Of a DNA stretch of 64,000 nucleotides, positions 57,600 to 64,000 are shown in pieces; the first letter of the stretch is position 1; each line of letters starts with the position of its first letter. The notes below the pieces were generated by a model. That model was not told the DNA's origin, did not search any database, and saw nothing but the letters and a program-made list of their open reading frames with translations. Origin of the DNA: Azolla caroliniana (taxonomy: Eukaryota > Plantae > Polypodiophyta). The translations under genes and the position numbers were made by a program. The DNA is taken from assembly GCA_043228905.1 (NCBI GenBank), contig JBHGNT010000013.1, positions 5,890,001 to 5,954,000 of the forward strand, written 5' to 3'.

Positions 57600-57930
57600 T
57601 CAAAGTTCGCCAAAAGATCAAAGTTCGGCGAACCCACATCCTTCGACAAAAGATCAACTTTCGACAAACCCACATCCTTCAACGAACCCACATCCTTCAA
57701 CGAAAGATCATTTTTCGACGAACCCACATCCTTCAACGAAAGCTCATCTTTCGATGAACCCACATCCTTCGACGAAAGATCAAAGTTCGCCAAACTCATA
57801 AAGTTCGACAAACCCACATCCTTAGACGAAAGATGAAAGTTCGCCAAACCCACAATGTTCGACGAAAGATCAAATTCGACGAACCCACAAGTTCAAGGAA
57901 AAACCATCTTTCAACAAACCCACAAACCTT
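57600..57930 (+). repeat. 18/36-bp tandem minisatellite in the 5' UTR
   Basis: Alternating AACCCACATCCTTCGACG and AAAGATCAAAGTTCG.C. units. Confidence 0.9.
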
Positions 57931-57941
57931 GACAAGAGAAC

Positions 57942-59410
57942 ATGGCTGGATCCTCATCGATAGGGATGTTCAAAACCCAACCCACACGCCATGAGGAGTT
58001 CACACAAACCAACCAAACACATGGTGCTAATCCACCTCACCCGACTCAATACCACAAAGGGTGGCCAACCCCAAGAACACTACCTAACATGAACCTGTCA
58101 TCGAGCCTGGGAACCAAAGCACCCCTCGACACACCCCCGCTACAAGAGAGCCCAATAGTAGACCCACTTAGCGTCGAGCCACACATACGGGATGCCACGC
58201 AGCAGTTACGTGCGATAGAACAAGAAATCAATAGATGAACGATGCAACTAGCAAAAGGGGAACAACTGGAAGTCATCACCCGAGATATTGAAGCCGCTTT
58301 AGAAGAAATGACAAACATGTTCGCGGAGTACAACAAAAACTTAACCTCCTAGAAGCATCGTCACATACGCACCGTCGAGACCATGAGCCCAACCCCGCGC
58401 CACATTCAAGCACAATGGGCAACAACCCAAACGAGGCACACACACGATGACCTCCAACACCGCCGCATGTGGAAGCGACCCCACACCCAACCAAACTACC
58501 TCAACACCCCCAAATGCCGAACTCGCACTAGCATTGCAATCCATCCAAACCCTCATGGCATTGATGGAAAAAGAACGAGCACCCTCTGACAACTCGAGAA
58601 ACCCCACAAACGACAGTGGGAAGAGCACTTCCATTTCTAAACTAGTGCCTCTTTTTCTCGGTTTCGGTGATGCATATGACCACGTAGAGAGGTTCAAGTA
58701 GATATGTCGAGCTTATGAACCCCTCACCGAGACCACCGAAGTAGCTGCATTTGGACTTACACTCGACGACCAAGCTGGAATTTGGTTTAGGACCTTGAAC
58801 AAAGACATCGTCGCAGACTTCGAGTATGTCATCGAAGATTTCCTGATAAACTTCGCTCGTCAAGGGAATAAATAGAACCTAATCGACCAGGTTTTCACCC
58901 TCAAGCAAGAAGCGAATGAGACCGTTAGGAACTACATATGCCGCACGAAAAGCCTTCACCATTGTTGTAGCCCGAGCGACAAGTTGTCGGACGACAAATT
59001 GATGAGCCGCTTCATCAATGGGTTGTTTGAGCCGACACTCCAAAACTTCTTGATCGCTAGGATGAGTCGGTCATTCGCTGAAGCTTGCACGGTAGTGATG
59101 ACTTTTGAAGACTCAATGAGCGGGTTACAGATACCCACCCAAGCACCCACGAACAACCGTGAGAAGCCCTCGGATTCCGCCCTACCTGCACCGCAGAGAC
59201 CACCCCGTATAGAAAGACCCCTAACATATGCCCAAAGAGAAAATGTAAGGTGTACGGTGTGCCATGGCCATCACACAGGGCATGAGTGCCCCCTCCTCAA
59301 CCAACGGAGGTCTCAATACTGTAAGTGGTGCAAAGCCTTCAGGATGCACTCTCAAGAAAATTGTTGGCAAGCCCCAAACGGGAGGTATAGCCAAACACCA
59401 ATGGTCTAGC
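57942..59410 (+). pseudogene. Retrotransposon gag pseudogene
   Basis: PLFLGFGDAYDHVERF, LKQEANETVRNY, RFINGL (major-homology-like region), CTVCHGHHTGHEC and CKWC..H...C knuckles; in-frame stops. Confidence 0.8.
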
Positions 59411-59411
59411 A

Positions 59412-60057
59412 TGTTGAGAATCGATGCTCCGATTAACCTTCACCCTCGGCCACAACCGAGTAGTCGCGAATCAATGCAGCAGAAAATAGGAAACACAGAG
59501 AAAGACACAATAACACAAGGATTAACGTGGAAAACCCTATACGGGAAAAACCACGGGAGTGCAAGACTCCAAACCAAAACTATGCACAGAGAAATATACA
59601 ATGGCGAGCTGCAAGGCAACGACCTTGAGCTCACTGTCCTCGCCACAGGCGGCGGTATTACACAGAGGCAACGACCTCTTCGTCTTTCTCTCTCTCTCTC
59701 TCTCTCGGCTGCTCTCTTCACTCTCTCTAAGTGAAAAACAGAAAATGAGCAACAACAACATTAACTGTTTGCCCTAAGTCATATTTATACACATATGACT
59801 TTCGGGCTATTTACAAATATAGCCTCAAGGGCTCTTGGCAAACATATTCACAAATATGTCTCCGCATCCGGATCTCTCTCCGGGTACATTCGTCATCCGG
59901 CTCCGTAGCCGGGGTCTTCATCATCCGGCTCCGTAACCGGGTCTTCATCATCCGGCTCCGTAACCGGGTACTCTTCATCATCCGGTTCCGTAACAGCCTC
60001 CGGGCTTGCCGTCATTCGTCTCCGGACATCCCATCCGGAGGGACCGAAATCCCAACA
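59412..60057 (-). repeat. 3' LTR of C3 (with ~27-bp CCGG-rich tandem repeats at ~59885-59995)
   Basis: TCATCATCCGGCTCCGTAACCGGG x4; U3 start homologous to the C2 LTR. Confidence 0.85.
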
Positions 60058-60067
60058 AACTCCCCCT

Positions 60068-63000
60068 TCACTTCGGCATGGGATGTCTCTCCAACCCGAT
60101 TCTCTTCCGGCATGCTTCCAGCTTGTCGGGTGTGAGCACCTTGGTCAGCATATCCGACCCGTTCTCGTCCGTGTGGATCTTCGTCAGCACGAACTCCTGG
60201 TCTTCGATCCTTTCCCGGATCCAGTGGTATCTACGCTGGATGTGTTTCGTCCGGGAATGGTAGGCCGCGTTCTTCGCAAGGTGGATGGCACTCTGACTGT
60301 CGCAGTAGAGTCGGTACTCCTCCTGCCGGATACCGAGCTCTCTAATGAAGTCCTTCATCCATATTATTTCCTTGCCGGCTTCAACAGCCGCCATGTACTC
60401 CGCCTCCGTGGTTGACAACGCAACCGTCTTCTGCAGCCTCGACTGCCACGAAACAACTCCCCCTGCATACGTCATCACATACCCTGATGTGGACCGGCTG
60501 GTATCTGCATCAGCCGACATATCCGAATCGGTAAAGCCTTCGAATTCAGGCTTACCGGAGCCGAATCGGAGGCACACGTTTGCCGTGCCCTTCAGGTATC
60601 GAAGTATCCACTTGACCGCGTTCCAGTGCTCTTTGCCGGGATTGCTCATGTACCGGCTCACCACTCCAACTGCATATCCTATGTCCGGTCTTGTACACAC
60701 CATTGCGTACATCAAGCTCCCGACGGCAGAGGCATATGGTACTTTCATCATGTCCTCCTTCTCAGCCTTTGTCTTGGGGCTTTGCTTGCTGGACAACTTG
60801 CAATTTGCCGGGAGGGTTGACCCGACCGGTCTTGCTTCCGACATGTTGAACCGGTGAAGCACCTTTGTCACGTACTTCTCCTGTGACAGCCACAACTGCT
60901 TCTTCTTCCGGTCCCGGATGATGTGCATCCCTAGTATTTGCCTCGCCGGACCCAGGTCCTTCATTGAGAAGGTTCGGTGAAGAGCCTTCTTCAGCATCCG
61001 TATCTTGACCTGGTCCCGTCCGACGATCAACATGTCGTCCACGTACAGGAGGAGTATCAGAGAGTCTCCTCCTTCGAACTTCTTCACAAACACGCAGTGA
61101 TCAGACTGCGTTTTGTGGTACCCTTCGTTGGTCATGAAGGAGTCGAACTTCCGGTACCATTGTCGGGGAGCCTGCTTCAGTCCGTAAAGGCTCTTCTTCA
61201 ACCGGCATACCAGGTGCTCCTTCCCTTTCTTCTCGAATCCTTCCGGTTGCTGCATGTAGATCTCTTCTTCGAGGTTGCCGTGAAGGAATGCCGTCTTCAC
61301 GTCCAACTGTTCAACCTCGAGGTCCATGCTTGCCGCTATGCTCAGCACCGTCCGGATGGAGGTCATCTTCACTACCGGGGCAAATATCTCGTCGAAGTCG
61401 ACGCCCTTCTTCTGCTGGAACCCCTTCACTACGATCCTGGCTTTGTATCTCGGGGGGTTTCCGGCATCTCCCGGTTTCAGCTTGAACACCCACTTGTTTC
61501 GAAGTGCCCGCTTTCCTTTCGGCAACTCCACAAGTTCATATGTGTGGTTCTCATGCAGGGAATCCATCTCCTCCTGCATGGCACTTAACCACCTGCGGCT
61601 ATGGTTGTCAAGCTTCGCTTCTTCAAAGCTCTCCGGCTCCCCCTCGTCGGTTAGCAGCACGTGCTCTGGTTCCGGAAATCTCCGGGGGGCCCTTCTCTCC
61701 CTTAGCGGATATCTCCGTTCCGGGGCTTCGGTGACCGGTTCTTCCGATTCTTCTTCATCCGAATCCATTTCGGGATCGGGGCCGGTTCCGGTATCATTTT
61801 CATCTTCTTCGGCCGGTTCTATTTCTTCACCGTCTTCGGCCGGATCCTCGAGTGTTAACCGGTCCCTTGCCGGTCGGGACTGCTCCTCGTAGAGTTGATC
61901 CTCACCGGTCGACTTTGAGCTCTTCATCTTCTTCTCCGACTCCAAGTCGGCGAGTGTCTTGTCCTCCATGAAGATGATGTCTCGACTCCTGAATATCTTC
62001 TTGTCGACCGGGTCCCATACTCGGTAGCCGAACTCGTCGTCGCCGTAACCGAGGAATATGCATGGCCGGGTCTTTGGATCTAGCTTTCCTCTCCGGTCCT
62101 TTGCCACATGCACGTAAACGAGACACCCGAACACCCTCAGATGCCGGTAGGACACTTCCTTACCGGTCCACACTTTCTGCGGCGTGTCTCCGTCCAAAGG
62201 TACTGAGGGTGATCTGTTTATCACGTATGTCGCCGTCGACATTGCCTCAGCCCAAAACCCCTTGGGTAATTTCGCATGCGCCAGCATACTCCGGACCCTC
62301 TCCATTATGGTCCGGTTCATCCTCTCGGCCAGCCCGTTCAGTTCCGGCGTCTTCGGCACAGTAAACTCGAGCCGGATTCCCTTCGAGCGACAGTACTCTG
62401 CGAACTGCCCCCGGTATTCCCCTCCGTTATCCGCTCGTATCGCTTTCAGCTTCTTGCCGGATTCTCTTTCCACTCTCGCGTGGAGTTCTTTGAAGACGGA
62501 CAATACTTGGTCCTTTGTCTTCAGCGGTGCCGTCCACAGCTTCCGGCTGTGGTCATCTATGAATGTTACGAAGTACTGGGCTCCGCCATGTGACTTCGTT
62601 TCTACCTGACACACATCAGTGTGCACCAACTCCAATGGTGCACTACGTCTCGTCGGTGGCCTTGAGTGGAAGGAGGTCCGGTTTTGCTTACCGGCCAGAC
62701 AGTCGATACACTTCCCCAAGTGTACATGCTTTACCGGTATCAGGTTGTCTTCGGCAAGCCTCTTCATCCCCTTCTCGCTCATGTGGCACAGTCTCTTGTG
62801 CCACAGCTCACCGTCAGTGTCAGCTGCCACGTTCAGCTCCTCCGAACATAGCCGGGAATTCATCAGGTACAGTGTGTTGATCTTCCGGGCCCGAGCCACT
62901 ATCAGACTCCCCTTGCTGAACTTCATGACACCGTTCCGGATGCTACCCGTGTAGCCTTCATCATCTAGCCTCCCGGCCGAAATCAGGTTCAATCGAACCT

Positions 63001-64000
63001 CCGGAACGTGTCGAACATCCTTCAGCAGCATCTTGCATCCGGTTGATGTCATCAGCCACACGTCTCTTATGCCGGCAATCCGGCACGTACCTTCATTTCC
63101 CATCCGAACACAGCCATGCTCACCGGCTGTGTAGGATGAGAAGTATTTCTTCTCCGGGGTCAGGTGGAACGACGCTCCGGAATCGACCACCCAGGTCATC
63201 TCTTCACCGGCAAGGTTCAGCTCTGTCTCTTCGGTAATGAGCATGATTTCTTCCTCACTTGCCGCGAGTGCCGTCGTTCCTTTCCGGTCCTGCCCTCGCC
63301 GATCCGGACCTCTCCGGTCCGTGGCTCCCCGGTATGCACCGTTTCTCTCCGGTGACTTCTTCGAATCGGTGTCGTCGGCTCCGTTGTCTTTTCGGTAATG
63401 CCGACAATTCTTCCGGAAGTGCCCCGGCTTCCCACAATGGAAGCATGTGGGTCTTCCTCTTGACTGCGACCGGGTCCCCGACTTCTCCCGTCTTTGCGGA
63501 CTCCGGTTCCATTGTCTTCCCCGATCCGATTCGGTAAGCAGCGCCTTCGTGTCGGAGGCCGGTTCTTTATCTCTCCGACGCGCTTCTTCATTCAAAATAC
63601 TTGTCTTTACCGTTTGTAAGGACAAGTTATCTTCGGTGCACGAGGTGCTGAGAGTCACCACCAAGTTCTCCCAGCTTTCCGGCAATGTACACATCAGGAT
63701 GATGGCTTGCATTGCGTCCTCCAACGGGAACTTAATCGCCGCAAGCTGGTTCACGAATCCCATGAACGTGCTTACGTGTTCCACCATACTCTCGCCGTCC
63801 CGGTACTTGAGGTTCACTATTTTCCTCATCAGGGAGGTCCGGTTCAACGCATTCTTCCTCTCGTAGAGGCCCGACAGCTTCCGCCACATCTCGTATGCGT
63901 TGGTGTCGTTCGCCACATGTTGTAGAACGCTCACATCGACGTATTGCCGAATGGTTGCAACGGCTTTCCGGTTCAGAAGCCTCCATTCCGTCTCAAGTAC
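60068..64000 (-). CDS. C3 Gag-Pol polyprotein (Gag, PR, IN, RT, RNase H); 5' end outside the window
   Basis: More than 1300 open codons; CFHCGKPGHFRKNC, WVVDSGASFH, TPELNGLAERMNRT, LDVKTAFLHG, LLYVDDML, FTDSDM. Confidence 0.96.
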   Translation of the reverse strand, partial: VLETEWRLLNRKAVATIRQYVDVSVLQHVANDTNAYEMWRKLSGLYERKNALNRTSLMRKIVNLKYRDGESMVEHVSTFMGFVNQLAAIKFPLEDAMQAIILMCTLPESWENLVVTLSTSCTEDNLSLQTVKTSILNEEARRRDKEPASDTKALLTESDRGRQWNRSPQRREKSGTRSQSRGRPTCFHCGKPGHFRKNCRHYRKDNGADDTDSKKSPERNGAYRGATDRRGPDRRGQDRKGTTALAASEEEIMLITEETELNLAGEEMTWVVDSGASFHLTPEKKYFSSYTAGEHGCVRMGNEGTCRIAGIRDVWLMTSTGCKMLLKDVRHVPEVRLNLISAGRLDDEGYTGSIRNGVMKFSKGSLIVARARKINTLYLMNSRLCSEELNVAADTDGELWHKRLCHMSEKGMKRLAEDNLIPVKHVHLGKCIDCLAGKQNRTSFHSRPPTRRSAPLELVHTDVCQVETKSHGGAQYFVTFIDDHSRKLWTAPLKTKDQVLSVFKELHARVERESGKKLKAIRADNGGEYRGQFAEYCRSKGIRLEFTVPKTPELNGLAERMNRTIMERVRSMLAHAKLPKGFWAEAMSTATYVINRSPSVPLDGDTPQKVWTGKEVSYRHLRVFGCLVYVHVAKDRRGKLDPKTRPCIFLGYGDDEFGYRVWDPVDKKIFRSRDIIFMEDKTLADLESEKKMKSSKSTGEDQLYEEQSRPARDRLTLEDPAEDGEEIEPAEEDENDTGTGPDPEMDSDEEESEEPVTEAPERRYPLRERRAPRRFPEPEHVLLTDEGEPESFEEAKLDNHSRRWLSAMQEEMDSLHENHTYELVELPKGKRALRNKWVFKLKPGDAGNPPRYKARIVVKGFQQKKGVDFDEIFAPVVKMTSIRTVLSIAASMDLEVEQLDVKTAFLHGNLEEEIYMQQPEGFEKKGKEHLVCRLKKSLYGLKQAPRQWYRKFDSFMTNEGYHKTQSDHCVFVKKFEGGDSLILLLYVDDMLIVGRDQVKIRMLKKALHRTFSMKDLGPARQILGMHIIRDRKKKQLWLSQEKYVTKVLHRFNMSEARPVGSTLPANCKLSSKQSPKTKAEKEDMMKVPYASAVGSLMYAMVCTRPDIGYAVGVVSRYMSNPGKEHWNAVKWILRYLKGTANVCLRFGSGKPEFEGFTDSDMSADADTSRSTSGYVMTYAGGVVSWQSRLQKTVALSTTEAEYMAAVEAGKEIIWMKDFIRELGIRQEEYRLYCDSQSAIHLAKNAAYHSRTKHIQRRYHWIRERIEDQEFVLTKIHTDENGSDMLTKVLTPDKLEACRKRIGLERHPMPK

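Larger units (their letters stand above)
56670..59411 (+). mobile_element. Athila-like gypsy 5' part (LTR ends 57277, left boundary uncertain; PBS, repetitive 5' UTR, decayed gag), interrupted by C3
   Basis: CTATATAAA at 56851; ...GTACACA then PBS TGGCGACGTTGCCGGGGAT; gag-like sequence with stops. Confidence 0.75.
59412..64000 (-). mobile_element. C3: Tork-like Ty1/copia, apparently intact, extending beyond the window
   Basis: 3' LTR 59412-60057 (TGTTGGGA...CTCAACA); PPT AGTGAAGGGGGAG; uninterrupted polyprotein. Confidence 0.95.

Noticed and set aside
57511-57853. Repetitive proteins in three frames
   Set aside because: Artefact of an 18-bp-unit minisatellite lacking stop codons.
60083-63925. 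Numerous plus-strand ORFs (also 25550-26449, 29648-30577, 30831-31610, 9529-10374)
   Set aside because: Antisense shadows of GC-rich polyprotein genes with no domain motifs.

Overview
Gene-free, heterochromatin-like stack of nested plant LTR retrotransposons; the lineage mix suggests a non-seed plant, but that is inference. No host gene is recognisable. Paired LTRs, PBS/PPT and target-site duplications (TSDs) give this layout. (C0) 3' end of a Ty1/copia at 1-1259. (A) Decayed non-chromovirus Ty3/gypsy at ~1260-5693. A Tork-like copia fragment and a gypsy fragment (B) at 5694-8000. An integrase-derived tandem array, split by copia C1 (8651-17893), which hosts a very young Gag-only element W1 (12934-16446). 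An old gypsy H (19833-55270, TSD ATGAC) interrupted by four younger elements: near-intact gypsy G1 (23012-33157), Gag-only W2 (33925-37924), deleted Tork-like copia C2 (39460-43985) and intact autonomous gypsy W3 (46701-54043). Finally an Athila-like tRNA-Asp-primed element (~56670-59411) interrupted by an apparently intact Tork-like copia C3 (59412 to beyond 64000). Main leads: (1) G1 and H have no polypurine tract; instead they share a ~40-nt tRNA-Arg-like 3'-end motif ending in CCA two nt before the 3' LTR, i.e. an inverted second PBS. (2) The tRNA-Trp-primed W family makes 4-bp ACGN (CpG-centred) TSDs, carries an antisense Pol III A/B-box module in its LTRs, has a predicted GGAUUUU + pseudoknot -1 frameshift after Gag-protease, and has Gag-only non-autonomous partners. 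(3) A conserved ~1000-aa coiled-coil accessory ORF lies downstream of pol in G1, H and B. (4) The two Tork-like copias appear to have swapped capsid domains. (5) A satellite is arising from integrase coding sequence. All alignments and tRNA matches were done by eye, against tRNA sequences recalled from memory.
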